DNA from: Tateyamaria sp.
GTDB lineage: Bacteria; Pseudomonadota; Alphaproteobacteria; Rhodobacterales; Rhodobacteraceae
Assembly: GCA_029250205.1 (NCBI GenBank)
Contig: JAQWVA010000120.1
Coordinates: forward strand, 16,610 to 80,609
Reading direction: 5' to 3'
Length of the DNA stretch: 64,000 bases
A program made the translations under genes and the position numbers. This document shows positions 40,002-49,883 of the stretch, piece by piece (position 1 is the first letter of the stretch; the number at the start of each line of letters is the position of its first letter). Below the pieces are notes generated by a model, which was given only the letters and a program-made list of their open reading frames with translations, did no database searches and was not told the origin of the DNA.

Positions 40002-41048
40002 TTACACGTGCTTTTGATGCGCCTTTTGGGCGTGGCTGATGAGAAACTGAGCGGCTGCCGGAGTGATTTTTCTGGCAGGTGGTGTCATGAGCAATCGGCC
40101 AAACAGCGACCTTGTCTCGTCTTGTTGCATCAGCGTATCAAAGCGCGCCTTGCGCCATGCAACGGCGGTTTTATGCAGCATGCTAAGTTTTGCATCAGAA
40201 TGTAATTGCGCCAGCACATCATCGCGTAACGGGTCATATCGCCGGATTGTAGTATCTTTGACAGTATTAAAGTTTCGTTCGATCCAATAATCCGCTGTCA
40301 TTGCGCTTTCAGAGCGATTTATCCGGCCACGGTCGGCTTTGATGATAAAGCTCTCAATTGCGCCAAGCGGATAGTGGTTGAGCTGAACAAGCCCGTAATT
40401 GGGTTGTCGAAAATTGGAAAAAACACGATTTGTTTTGAATGTTGCGTGCAACTCGCGCCCGTGACCGTCGAACCAGCGGGCGTTTTGGGCGCGCGCTCGA
40501 TCGGGTGCGCGCGGACGATGAACGCCAGGTTTTTTGTAGGTTCCGTCGTTGGCATATAGCGTTTTGAACATGGCTGCCCGCCATGGCCATTGAAGGATAT
40601 CTGGCGCTGCACGGTCGAATACCTCGGTTACAGGCCTGTCCCGATAGTGCACCTGTTCATTGTTGCCAAACAACCGCCAGGTCAAGGTGATCGCCGTAGC
40701 TTGTGGTATTGCTGCGTGCAATGCTGCGAATGTACCGTCGCCGGTGTGAATATTTACGAATTCGTCGATGTCCAGCACCAGCAACCACGTTGCAGACCGC
40801 ACAACATCCATTTTTGCCGCCGTATTCAGGGCGGTGAATTGCATGCCCGCCTTGTCATAGGGGCCATCATTGCGCACATGCGTCAGCCACCCGAATGTTG
40901 CGATCCGATCCAGCATGTTGTCGGTGCAATCACCACAATCATTTGAAAAGACAACGAAATGGTCCACGCCCACGGCGCGATGATGGGCAAGCCATTCCAG
41001 CAAAAATGCGCCTTCGTTGCGGACGCAGAGTACACAGGTGATCGTCAC
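40002..41048 (-). CDS. Glycosyltransferase family 2 (Glyco_tranf_2_4-like)
   Basis: VRNEGAFLLEWLAHH, FSNDC, DXD motif LDIDEF, LTWRLFG, QLNHY. Confidence 0.88.
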   Translation of the reverse strand: MTITCVLCVRNEGAFLLEWLAHHRAVGVDHFVVFSNDCGDCTDNMLDRIATFGWLTHVRNDGPYDKAGMQFTALNTAAKMDVVRSATWLLVLDIDEFVNIHTGDGTFAALHAAIPQATAITLTWRLFGNNEQVHYRDRPVTEVFDRAAPDILQWPWRAAMFKTLYANDGTYKKPGVHRPRAPDRARAQNARWFDGHGRELHATFKTNRVFSNFRQPNYGLVQLNHYPLGAIESFIIKADRGRINRSESAMTADYWIERNFNTVKDTTIRRYDPLRDDVLAQLHSDAKLSMLHKTAVAWRKARFDTLMQQDETRSLFGRLLMTPPARKITPAAAQFLISHAQKAHQKHV

Positions 41049-41544
41049 TGGGTTATCGTTCCTCAAGAAGCGTCACGACCTTGGCTGTCGATCCCTTTGG
41101 TCTCTATGTAAGCGTTGAAAAACCCTTGCGTCAAACAGACGCTACACAACACGTTGTTTAATCTTGCGTGGATGCGTTCAACAGTCGCGACACGAACGTT
41201 TATCGATCGTGTGATCATGCCATGTCATTTTATCCTTTGTCTGAAATGTCGAATAAAACATGTATGATAAACGGTCATTTCTCTGATTTTGCTTTCGGGC
41301 TATCTCGTCAATTTGTTGCTTTCGACCGGGTACTCTTGTGGCGCCATGCTGGTCAACTTGCGCGTTTCAATAGTTGCAGTAAGGCATCGCCGCGCCCGCA
41401 ACCTGAGGAATCCACGCGCTTTGTCATCCCAAAGTTTAGCTTGATTCACCGAATGCAGGTCAAGGCACGTGTGGTGTTGCCCCTTGACGCCAGCCCGTGG
41501 CGGTGCAGTTTGGTCGTTTAACAAGAGCAATCCAAGGAGATGCC

Positions 41545-42453
41545 ATGCAGGATATGTCTACCATTGATGCCGTTCAGCAGATGCTGGCAGCAGAGGGCTA
41601 TGTCTGCGACCGTGCGCTGGGTACTGTGGTGTTTTTAAGCCTCAAGCTTGGTCGGCCACTTTTTCTAGAGGGCGAGGCGGGTGTCGGTAAGACAGAGATC
41701 GCCAAAGCGCTGGCATCAGGTCTTGGGCGACGCCTGATACGATTGCAGTGCTATGAGGGCCTCGATGCGGCGTCTGCTGTGTATGAGTGGAATTTTCCCG
41801 CCCAAATGGTGGCAATCCGTACAGCCGAGGCAACGGGTAGCGCAGAACGGGAAGCGTTGCAAAACCATCTTTTTTCCGATGACTATCTTATCGAACGGCC
41901 TCTGCTGCAGGCGATGCGTCCGGATGAAAACGGCGCTCCTGTCTTGCTGATAGATGAATTGGACCGCACCGATGAACCGTTCGAAGCATTTTTGCTCGAA
42001 GCTTTGAGCGACTTTCAGGTGACAATTCCCGAGCTCGGTACGATCCACGCGCCGGAGCCACCCATAGTAATCGTCACGTCGAATCGGACCCGCGAGGTAC
42101 ACGACGCATTGAAACGGCGCTGCCTGTACCATTGGGTGGATTACCCCGGATTTGATCGTGAGATGGAAATACTTGAGGCGCGCGCACCTGAGGCTGCGGA
42201 AACCCTGAGCCGCGAGGTCGTGGCCTTTGTCCAGCGGTTGCGCACAGAAGATCTGTTTAAAAAGCCCGGTGTGGCCGAGACCATCGATTGGGCCAAATGC
42301 CTTTTAGCGCTGGATGTCATTACGCTTAGCCCAGAGGTTATTGCAGATACACTTGGCGCAATTTTAAAGTACCAGGACGACATCCAGAAATTGCATGGCT
42401 CCGAGGCCAAACGCATATTGGACGAGGCGAAGGCAACATTGGAGCCCGCATGA
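41545..42453 (+). CDS. MoxR-family AAA+ ATPase (CoxD-like)
   Basis: LEGEAGVGKTE, QCYEGLD, LIDELDRTD, TSNRTRE, DALKRRC. Confidence 0.9.
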   Translation: MQDMSTIDAVQQMLAAEGYVCDRALGTVVFLSLKLGRPLFLEGEAGVGKTEIAKALASGLGRRLIRLQCYEGLDAASAVYEWNFPAQMVAIRTAEATGSAEREALQNHLFSDDYLIERPLLQAMRPDENGAPVLLIDELDRTDEPFEAFLLEALSDFQVTIPELGTIHAPEPPIVIVTSNRTREVHDALKRRCLYHWVDYPGFDREMEILEARAPEAAETLSREVVAFVQRLRTEDLFKKPGVAETIDWAKCLLALDVITLSPEVIADTLGAILKYQDDIQKLHGSEAKRILDEAKATLEPA

Positions 42454-42506
42454 TCCAACTTCATCTTGCCAGAAACACTCCGGGGGTCCGGGGGAGCTCC
42501 CCGGAA
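42450..42506 (+). repeat. Intergenic repeat element, copy 2
   Basis: ATGATCCAACTTCATCTTGCCAGAAACACTCCGGGGGTCCGGGGGAGCTCCCCGGAA; shares its core with 33127-33148. Confidence 0.7.
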
Positions 42507-42515
42507 TAGAAGCAC

Positions 42516-43805
42516 GTGCCAGAATACGCCCCATTAGAGCTGCCTGATGACCCGAAACTTGCGGGCAATATAATGCATTTTGCTCGTTCACTACGTCGGG
42601 CTGGCATTTCCATTGGACCGGGCAGGGTTTTAGATGCAATTCGCGCTGTGTCGGCGGCAGGGTTTACAGAGCGGCGCGATTTTTATTGGACGCTGCATGC
42701 GTGTTTCGTGTCGCGGCCGGAACAGCGGGTTGTGTTTGCACAGGTGTTTCGCCTGTACTGGCGCGACCCACGCTACCTTGAACATATGATGGCAGCGATG
42801 GTGCCCGCTGTGCGCGGCGTGCAGGAGGATCGTGGCGCGCAGGCTGCCGAAAAACGAGCGGCAGAAGCGTTGCTTGATGGTGCAGAGGCGCCGGAAGCCA
42901 ACCCCAAAAAAGAAGACGAAGACAGCGGCACCGAAATTGAGATCGATGCATCGTTTACAATGTCTGCAGAAGAAAAACTGAAGACGCTTGATTTTGAACA
43001 GATGAGCACCGCAGAGATGGCCCAGGCCAAGGCAGTTCTTGCGCGTCTGAAGCTGCCAGTTGACCCGATTCGAGCGCGCCGAACCCGCGCGGCGGACGCA
43101 GGTCGGATTGATGCCGCGCGCACGCTTCGTGCGGCAATGCGGCAGGGTGGCGAATTGCATGATCTGAAGTGGAAGACGCCCAAAGTGCGATATCCGAACC
43201 TTGTTGTACTTTGCGATATCTCTGGCTCCATGAGCCAGTATTCTCGGGTTGTTTTGCACTTCTTGCACGCGGTATCGAATTCAAAGGGCGCGGGCTGGGC
43301 AAAGGTACATGCCTTTACGTTTGGTACGCGGCTTACGAATATCACCCGTCATCTGGCCCAGCGAGATGTGGACGCAGCCCTGAAAGCAGCAGGAGCAGAG
43401 GCACAAGACTGGGAAGGGGGCACGCGGATCGGAGCATGTCTGGAGGCTTTTAACCGTGATTGGTCGCGTCGGGTCTTGGGGCAAGGATCGGTCATGCTAT
43501 TGATCACGGACGGGCTGGATCGGGACGATCCGCAGGCCTTGGCCAAACAAATGGAGCGTCTTCAGCTGTCGGCTCGCCGCCTCATCTGGATAAACCCTCT
43601 TTTAAGGTGGGATGCTTTTGCGCCAAAAGCCCGAGGCATTGCCGCAATGCTGCCTTATGTAGACAGCTTTCGCGCGGGCCATTCGATAGCATCACTTGAG
43701 GCGCTGGCTCAGGTGATTTCGAACCGGGATGATGTTGGCGACCGAGATAGGCTTCTGCGTATGATGTCAGATGATGGGCTGCCGGAGCGGTCTGTTTTGC
43801 GGTAG
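42516..43805 (+). CDS. VWA-domain protein (CoxE-like)
   Basis: MIDAS LCDISGSM, FTFGTRLTNIT, DWEGGTRIG, ITDGLD, WINPLL. Confidence 0.9.
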   Translation: MPEYAPLELPDDPKLAGNIMHFARSLRRAGISIGPGRVLDAIRAVSAAGFTERRDFYWTLHACFVSRPEQRVVFAQVFRLYWRDPRYLEHMMAAMVPAVRGVQEDRGAQAAEKRAAEALLDGAEAPEANPKKEDEDSGTEIEIDASFTMSAEEKLKTLDFEQMSTAEMAQAKAVLARLKLPVDPIRARRTRAADAGRIDAARTLRAAMRQGGELHDLKWKTPKVRYPNLVVLCDISGSMSQYSRVVLHFLHAVSNSKGAGWAKVHAFTFGTRLTNITRHLAQRDVDAALKAAGAEAQDWEGGTRIGACLEAFNRDWSRRVLGQGSVMLLITDGLDRDDPQALAKQMERLQLSARRLIWINPLLRWDAFAPKARGIAAMLPYVDSFRAGHSIASLEALAQVISNRDDVGDRDRLLRMMSDDGLPERSVLR

Positions 43806-43844
43806 CCGCAAAAGACGCCCGCCCGCCAACCCTTTCATCTCATT

Positions 43845-46004
43845 TTAGGCGAATGTTACGCCGAATGTGTTGCGATAAACGGTGCTTAATTCGGACAGTG
43901 GCGCGCTAGATCTGCCCAGCCGGATGGTATCGCCGGTGAATTTTCCAACGGTTTGGATAGGTACGCCTGCTTGGCCCGCTGCGATCATCAGAGCCTCGGC
44001 TTTGTCAAAGTTACAGGCGATAAGATAGCGCGCCTGATCTTCACCAAAAAGAAAACCGGTGTCTGCACTGTCCAGCACAAGCCCCACTCCGCTTGCTTCG
44101 GCCAATTCGAATGCGGCCAGGGCAAGGCCGCCGTCACTTAGGTCGGAACAGGCAGTGATTAAGTGCCGATTGTCTCGAATGAACGTTCCGTGGCGCGCTT
44201 CGGCGGCGAGGTCGACAGGAGGGGCGTCACCTTCGGCGCGGCCAAAGGCTTCGGCCAACAATGCAGATTGGCCAAGATGTCCGGTGGTCTCGCCAATGAG
44301 GATTGCTACGTGCCCATTTCGGACCTGGCAGCCAATCATGTGATCCATGTGTGTGATCAGTCCAACGGCACCAATGGTTGGTGTGGGGAGGATCGCTGCC
44401 CCGTCGGTTTCATTGTAAAGCGACACATTGCCAGAGACTATTGGCATGTCGAGCGCAGTAACCGCTTGCCCGATCCCGTCGATTGCACCGACGAATTGCC
44501 CCATTATCTGCGGCTTTTCTGGGTTGCCGAAATTCATGTTGTCTGTCGTGGCCAGAGGGGTGGCACCCACCGCACAAAGATTTCGGTAAGCTTCGGCTAC
44601 GGCTTGCTTGCCGCCCTCAATTGGGTTGGCCTTTACATAGCGTGGCGTGACGTCGGATGTGAAAGCGAGGGCCTTGTCGGTGCCGTGCACTCGGATTACA
44701 CCGCTGCCGATGCCGGGCGTGCGTGCGCTGTCGGCCATGACCATGGTGTCGTATTGCTCGTAAACCCATTGTTTTGCCGCATAATTCGGGCTTGTAATCA
44801 ATGTGCGCAGACCATCGATTGGGTCGATGCTGGGCACCTTTTCAAGGGGTGCGGCTTGGGGTGTTGGTAGCCACGGGCGGTCATATTCAGGGGCTTCGGA
44901 GGACAGTTTTGACAGTGGTAGATCAGCTTTTGTCTGACCCTCGTGCACAATGACGAACCGATCTTCGGCAATGGTTTCACCGACTATAGCAAAATCGAGA
45001 TCCCATTTGTCAAAGACGGCTTTTGCCTCGGCTTCCAGTTCGGGGCGAAGCACCATCAGCATGCGCTCTTGGCTTTCGGAGAGCATCATCTCATAGGCCG
45101 TCATTTGCTCTTCGCGCACGGGCACATCATCAAGGTTGAGACGGACGCCGAGCCCACCTTTGTCGCCCATTTCGACCGCGGAACACGTCAGGCCAGCGGC
45201 CCCCATATCCTGAATTGAGATGACTGCGCCAGTTGCCATCAACTCAAGCGTGGCCTCCATCAGGCGTTTTTCGGTGAACGGGTCGCCGACCTGAACGGTG
45301 GGGCGCTTTTCTTCGATTGTATCATCAAATTCAGCGCTGGCCATGGTGGCACCACCAACGCCGTCTCGGCCCGTTTTGGCACCTAGATAAACGACAGGCA
45401 TGCCGATCCCAGATGCGGCGGAGTAAAAAATCTTGTCTGCATCGGCAAGGCCTGCAGCAAATGCATTTACGAGACAGTTTCCGTTATAGGCCGGATCAAA
45501 CCGAACCTCGCCGCCCACGGTCGGTACACCAAACGCATTGCCATAACCGCCGACGCCTTCAACGACACCGTGCACCAGTTGACGAGTCTTTGGATGTGTA
45601 ACCGCACCAAAGCTAAGAGCGTTCATGGCCGCGATCGGGCGCGCGCCCATGGTAAACACATCACGCAGGATGCCGCCCACGCCGGTGGCTGCACCCTGAT
45701 AGGGTTCGATGTAGGATGGATGGTTGTGGCTTTCCATTTTGAAAACTACCGCTTGACCGTCGCCAATATCGACGATCCCCGCGTTTTCGCCCGGGCCGCA
45801 TATTACCTGTGGGCCGATGGTCGGCAAAGTACGCAGCCATTTTTTGGAAGATTTATATGAACAATGTTCGTTCCACATGGCCGAGAATATGCCCAGTTCG
45901 GTGAAGGTGGGCGTGCGATCAATGATCTCGAGGATCCTTGCGTACTCGTCTGGGCTGATCCCGTGACTTGCGATTAGGTCCTCGGTGATCTTTGGTTCTT
46001 GCAT
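43845..46004 (-). CDS. purL: Phosphoribosylformylglycinamidine synthase subunit PurL
   Basis: [42 protein letters not shown]. Confidence 0.97.
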   Translation of the reverse strand: MQEPKITEDLIASHGISPDEYARILEIIDRTPTFTELGIFSAMWNEHCSYKSSKKWLRTLPTIGPQVICGPGENAGIVDIGDGQAVVFKMESHNHPSYIEPYQGAATGVGGILRDVFTMGARPIAAMNALSFGAVTHPKTRQLVHGVVEGVGGYGNAFGVPTVGGEVRFDPAYNGNCLVNAFAAGLADADKIFYSAASGIGMPVVYLGAKTGRDGVGGATMASAEFDDTIEEKRPTVQVGDPFTEKRLMEATLELMATGAVISIQDMGAAGLTCSAVEMGDKGGLGVRLNLDDVPVREEQMTAYEMMLSESQERMLMVLRPELEAEAKAVFDKWDLDFAIVGETIAEDRFVIVHEGQTKADLPLSKLSSEAPEYDRPWLPTPQAAPLEKVPSIDPIDGLRTLITSPNYAAKQWVYEQYDTMVMADSARTPGIGSGVIRVHGTDKALAFTSDVTPRYVKANPIEGGKQAVAEAYRNLCAVGATPLATTDNMNFGNPEKPQIMGQFVGAIDGIGQAVTALDMPIVSGNVSLYNETDGAAILPTPTIGAVGLITHMDHMIGCQVRNGHVAILIGETTGHLGQSALLAEAFGRAEGDAPPVDLAAEARHGTFIRDNRHLITACSDLSDGGLALAAFELAEASGVGLVLDSADTGFLFGEDQARYLIACNFDKAEALMIAAGQAGVPIQTVGKFTGDTIRLGRSSAPLSELSTVYRNTFGVTFA

Positions 46005-46213
46005 GTTCATCCCCCGGCGGTTGTGGCGCGTTGTTTAGAGCAGGCAGAGCCCGGGGGAAAGGGGCAGAACGCGCTGTTTCAATGACCCGCGCACCATGCG
46101 CTGTATTTGGTTCTGAAATGCCGCTTATGCGCGCCAAGTTGGGTGACCGTGTATTTCTGAGGCTCTGCTTTTATTGGCTGGGTACCTTTTGTGCTGACAG
46201 TTTTGTGCCGATT

Positions 46214-48553
46214 TTAGTCGCCGGGTTTGCTAGCGGCTGGGGTTTCTTCCACCATCTCTTGTGCGGCTTGCGTGGCGGCAGCGGCAATGGCGGTTTTGTC
46301 AGCCTGTGTCAGTTCATTGTGATCGTCCATGCCTGGGATTGCGACGCGCACTTCGCGGCGGGCAAATTCCAGACCATTTTCTTCGAACGACTTATTGATA
46401 CGGTTGTAGATTTCCTTGCGCAACGTGAACTGAGTGCCCGGCTTGGCCATAAACTTGCCGCGGATCACGATCCCAACGTCGTCGAATTCAAAAACGCCCT
46501 GGCTCTTGAAGGGTTGCAGGAAATCATCCTTGTACATCTCTTCCTGAATCATCTGGTTGCCGATGTTCTTGAATATCTTTTTGACCTTGTTGGGATCAGT
46601 GCCAAAGGGGACGGTAAAGCGCAGTTTCATGATCACCCAGTCGCGGCTGTAATTGGTGATTTTGGGAATCTCACCGTAGGGAAGGGTGTGAACCGGCCCC
46701 TTGTGGTGACGCAACTGCATCGAACGAATGGAAATTTTTTCGACTGTGCCCATCGTGCCTTCGACCTCGACATATTCGCCTGTGCGAAAGGCATCATCAA
46801 TAAGAAAGAAAATACCCGATACAACGTCTGTTACAAGTTTTTGAGCACCAAAACCAATGGCTAGACCTACGATCCCGGCACCGGCCAACAGCGGCGTGGT
46901 ATCGATGCCTACGTTGCCAAGCGCCAACAACAAGAACACCACTACGATCGCAGCCCGCGCAACCCCAAGGATCAATGGCAGAACAGTCGAAAGCCTTGAC
47001 CCGCCCGCGCCGCCGCCATCGCCGCCGCCCATGCTTTCGTCTTCGGGGTCGTAGCCCGATGCGGTTTGTTCAGCGGCCAATTTACGGTTGATCCAGAGCG
47101 AGACGCTCTCGTAGGCCAGATAACCGACAGCTAGGATGATCGTGCCCTCGATCAGGTTTCCAGCCAGTTTCGTTCCAACGCCCGCAGCGGCCATATTGCT
47201 GAGGTCAATGTTCCAGATGCGGGCAACCGAAAGCACAACAAAGCCAAATACGATCACTCGCCCAATGCGGATATAGCTACGGCGTGTCGACACATAGGCG
47301 CGTTCGGCCACGGCGCCTTCGCCCGTCATGGGCGGCGTGAGGTGACGCACGAGGCCTCGAACGGTCATGTCGAGCGCGGGCGCAAAAGCCATGATGGTCA
47401 GTGTCCAAATGTGAGGCAGGTGCACCAGAAGTTCAGACTGTCCATAGCTGCTAAGCATCGTTGCCAACCACCAGGTTACAACCGAAGCAGCAATCACAAA
47501 ATAGGGGAAGATGCGCGCTGCGCGTTCTTCACCTGGTGTAATGTCAGGATCGGCCCCGCGCATCATCATCGTGAGGCCGGGGCGCAAGCTCCAGAACACC
47601 CAAATGGTATAAAGATGCAAGCTTAGGTTTAACCAAAAGTCCGCCCGAGAGGTGGCAACGGCTTCGCCATTCATCGCGAAAAATTGCGGAATAAAATAAG
47701 TAAGCCCCAAAAGTAAAGCAAATGAACCATTGTGAAGGTACATGGTATGGGCAGTTGCATTGTCGGTGTGCACAATACGGAATTCGGGCCGCTGCGGTGC
47801 AAGAAGGAACCGAGCAACGGCAAGTGTAACGCGCGGCACAACGATCAAATTTATCCAGATGGATTCGATGTAGGCAGGCATGGCCGTGGCCTGTTGCTCC
47901 ATCATTCCAAAGTACACACCCATTACTGGGCCAATCGCTCTGCCGATCATATTGGCCGCGAGAAAGAAAATGACCACAGCGATGATATCAGCTGTCAACC
48001 TTTTGGCCAGAAAACTCAATGTTTCCATGAGAGTGGGCGTATCGCTGACCGTGATGTTCTGCACCCAATTGCGCACCATACGGCGAAAAGCAAATTCGAC
48101 CAAAATTGCTGAAAAAATGGCGATGGCCATAATAGCGATCATCAAGATCAGCCCATCGGTGCCAAGTTGGGCCATGAATGAGTTGAAAGCGTTGGCAAAC
48201 GAGGCGCCAAGATCCGGAAGCTTTTCAAAAGCGTCGGCAACGGATAGCGCCACCCCCACGGTTCCTGCATTAAGCAATTCGGCAATGCCGCCGCTTTGCT
48301 GTGGCGTCGTGACCGCCTGAGTGTTGAGCTGGCTGAGTAAAAGGGCACGCACTTCGTTATCGCTGAGCCTTGATATTAATGCGTTAGCAGCGTCCACGGT
48401 CAGTGGTTCGGGCAGGATTGGCACGATCTGCGTGGCAGTTGATGAGGTGCTTGGCATCAGTGATTGGGCATGAGCTGGAGCGTCCAGACCCAAACAAATG
48501 GTCAGGGCCAATATTGCGCAACAAACGCGTAAAATTTGTGCATGCCTGATCAT
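46214..48553 (-). CDS. Large MscS-family mechanosensitive channel
   Basis: Signal peptide, many TM segments, GLAIGFGAQKLVTD, GEYVEV..GTVEKISIRS, PYGEIPKITNYSRDW. Confidence 0.9.
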   Translation of the reverse strand: MIRHAQILRVCCAILALTICLGLDAPAHAQSLMPSTSSTATQIVPILPEPLTVDAANALISRLSDNEVRALLLSQLNTQAVTTPQQSGGIAELLNAGTVGVALSVADAFEKLPDLGASFANAFNSFMAQLGTDGLILMIAIMAIAIFSAILVEFAFRRMVRNWVQNITVSDTPTLMETLSFLAKRLTADIIAVVIFFLAANMIGRAIGPVMGVYFGMMEQQATAMPAYIESIWINLIVVPRVTLAVARFLLAPQRPEFRIVHTDNATAHTMYLHNGSFALLLGLTYFIPQFFAMNGEAVATSRADFWLNLSLHLYTIWVFWSLRPGLTMMMRGADPDITPGEERAARIFPYFVIAASVVTWWLATMLSSYGQSELLVHLPHIWTLTIMAFAPALDMTVRGLVRHLTPPMTGEGAVAERAYVSTRRSYIRIGRVIVFGFVVLSVARIWNIDLSNMAAAGVGTKLAGNLIEGTIILAVGYLAYESVSLWINRKLAAEQTASGYDPEDESMGGGDGGGAGGSRLSTVLPLILGVARAAIVVVFLLLALGNVGIDTTPLLAGAGIVGLAIGFGAQKLVTDVVSGIFFLIDDAFRTGEYVEVEGTMGTVEKISIRSMQLRHHKGPVHTLPYGEIPKITNYSRDWVIMKLRFTVPFGTDPNKVKKIFKNIGNQMIQEEMYKDDFLQPFKSQGVFEFDDVGIVIRGKFMAKPGTQFTLRKEIYNRINKSFEENGLEFARREVRVAIPGMDDHNELTQADKTAIAAAATQAAQEMVEETPAASKPGD

Positions 48554-48645
48554 GGCTTTTTTCTCCTACCCAAAACTAGTCTTTAATCATGAGTGATTTT
48601 AATTGTGAGCTGCAAGCGAAACTAACACAGCGCAACATATATTTT

Positions 48646-48674
48646 AAAAAAAAGGCCGAGCACTGAGCTCGGCC
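48646..48674 (-). terminator. Intrinsic terminator
   Basis: The minus strand reads GGCCGAGC-TCAGT-GCTCGGCC followed by T8. Confidence 0.9.
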
Positions 48675-48726
48675 AAGTCCAACAGGGAGGTTCGAAGAGA
48701 CGGCGTGATACGCTGCGTGCCTTCAT
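48646..48726 (-). ncRNA. Candidate trans-acting sRNA with an anti-SD seed
   Basis: -35 TTGTTT (48760-48755), 17-bp spacer, -10 TATTTT (48737-48732); CCUCCCUG seed; intrinsic terminator at the 3' end. Confidence 0.6.
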
Positions 48727-48799
48727 GCAACAAAATATGCGTGCACTTGCGTGCAAACAAGGCAGAATGTGAAAATTTGCTAGTATGGCCGTTATGCGC

Positions 48800-49717
48800 T
48801 CAGCGCATGGCTTGGTTTTTTCCTTTTTCTCTGAGTATCTTACGATAGGCAATAATCTCATCCTGAACGAAATCCCGAAAGGCTGCTATCCGCTTGGATT
48901 GGCGCAGTTCCTCTGGGTATGCGAGAAAAACAGGCACATCCGCAGATTCAACTTCTGGCAGGACATGAACAATGCGTGGTTCGTCTTGGCTGACATAATC
49001 GGGAAGTATGCCAACCCCCAGATTTTGTAGTACGCCCTGCAGCACACCGAAATAATTATTCACAGTCAGTAATGATTTGACATCATAGGTTAGTAAGTGC
49101 TGCACAAGGTTTGATCCGGCGCCGACCTGCGCCGAATTTGCATTCTGACAGATCAGTCTGTGGTGAGCGAGGTCGTCAAGCCGTTCCGGAACACCGTTTT
49201 CATCCAGATACGGTTGTGTCGCGAAAAGCTGCATCTTGACTGTCATCAGCCGTTTGCGGATCAGATCCGCTTGGCTTGGTTCCTTCATACGGATCGCAAC
49301 ATCTGCTTCGCGCATCGGCAGATCTAGTACGCGTTCCTCGAGCATAAGATCCACGTGCAGATCGGGATAACTTTGGTAAAGCTTGGCCAGACGCGGGGCC
49401 AGCCAGAGTGTGCCAAAACCAATTGTGGTGGTCACCCGCAGGTCGCCGAACACCTCTTCTTCGCTGTCGCGAATACGGGCGGATGCCGCGTCGAGCCGCT
49501 TGTTCATGGCAATGGTTGCATCAAATAGCAATTCGCCCTGTTCTGTCAGGATGAGCCCGCGCGCATGGCGGTGAAAAAGTGTCGCGTTGAGTGAGTCCTC
49601 AAGCCCTCTGATCTGACGGGAGACTGCCGATTGGCTCAGGTTAAGCTTGTCACCTGCATGCGTAAGGCTCCCTGCGTCAGCCACGGCGTGAAATATTCTT
49701 AATTTGTCCCAGTCCAT
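48800..49717 (-). CDS. LysR-type regulator (VtlR/LsrB-like N-terminus; IorR-like context)
   Basis: MDWDKLRIFHAVA...LSQSAVSRQI; divergent from ior. Confidence 0.92.
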   Translation of the reverse strand: MDWDKLRIFHAVADAGSLTHAGDKLNLSQSAVSRQIRGLEDSLNATLFHRHARGLILTEQGELLFDATIAMNKRLDAASARIRDSEEEVFGDLRVTTTIGFGTLWLAPRLAKLYQSYPDLHVDLMLEERVLDLPMREADVAIRMKEPSQADLIRKRLMTVKMQLFATQPYLDENGVPERLDDLAHHRLICQNANSAQVGAGSNLVQHLLTYDVKSLLTVNNYFGVLQGVLQNLGVGILPDYVSQDEPRIVHVLPEVESADVPVFLAYPEELRQSKRIAAFRDFVQDEIIAYRKILREKGKNQAMR

Positions 49718-49800
49718 GTGGATCACTTTCTTGAATTCATGCAGACATTACCTGAAATAATGCAGTTTCACACTGTCGAGGTGGAACAATGATGCGAAAT

Positions 49801-49837
49801 ATACAAATTTTTGTATGCAGGTCAGTAATTGTGACCT
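49801..49837. promoter_or_regulatory. Two palindromes in the lysR/ior divergent promoter; candidate LysR site
   Basis: ATACAAA-tt-TTTGTAT (49801-49816) and AGGTCA-N7-TGACCT (49819-49837), which contains T-N11-A. Confidence 0.5.
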
Positions 49838-49883
49838 ACATTTGATTATAAATGATGCAGGACTGATCCTGGCAGGGAGGCCA

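Noticed and set aside
41545-43805. CO dehydrogenase locus
   Set aside because: Only accessory-type MoxR/VWA genes are present; there is no coxL, coxM or coxS in the window.
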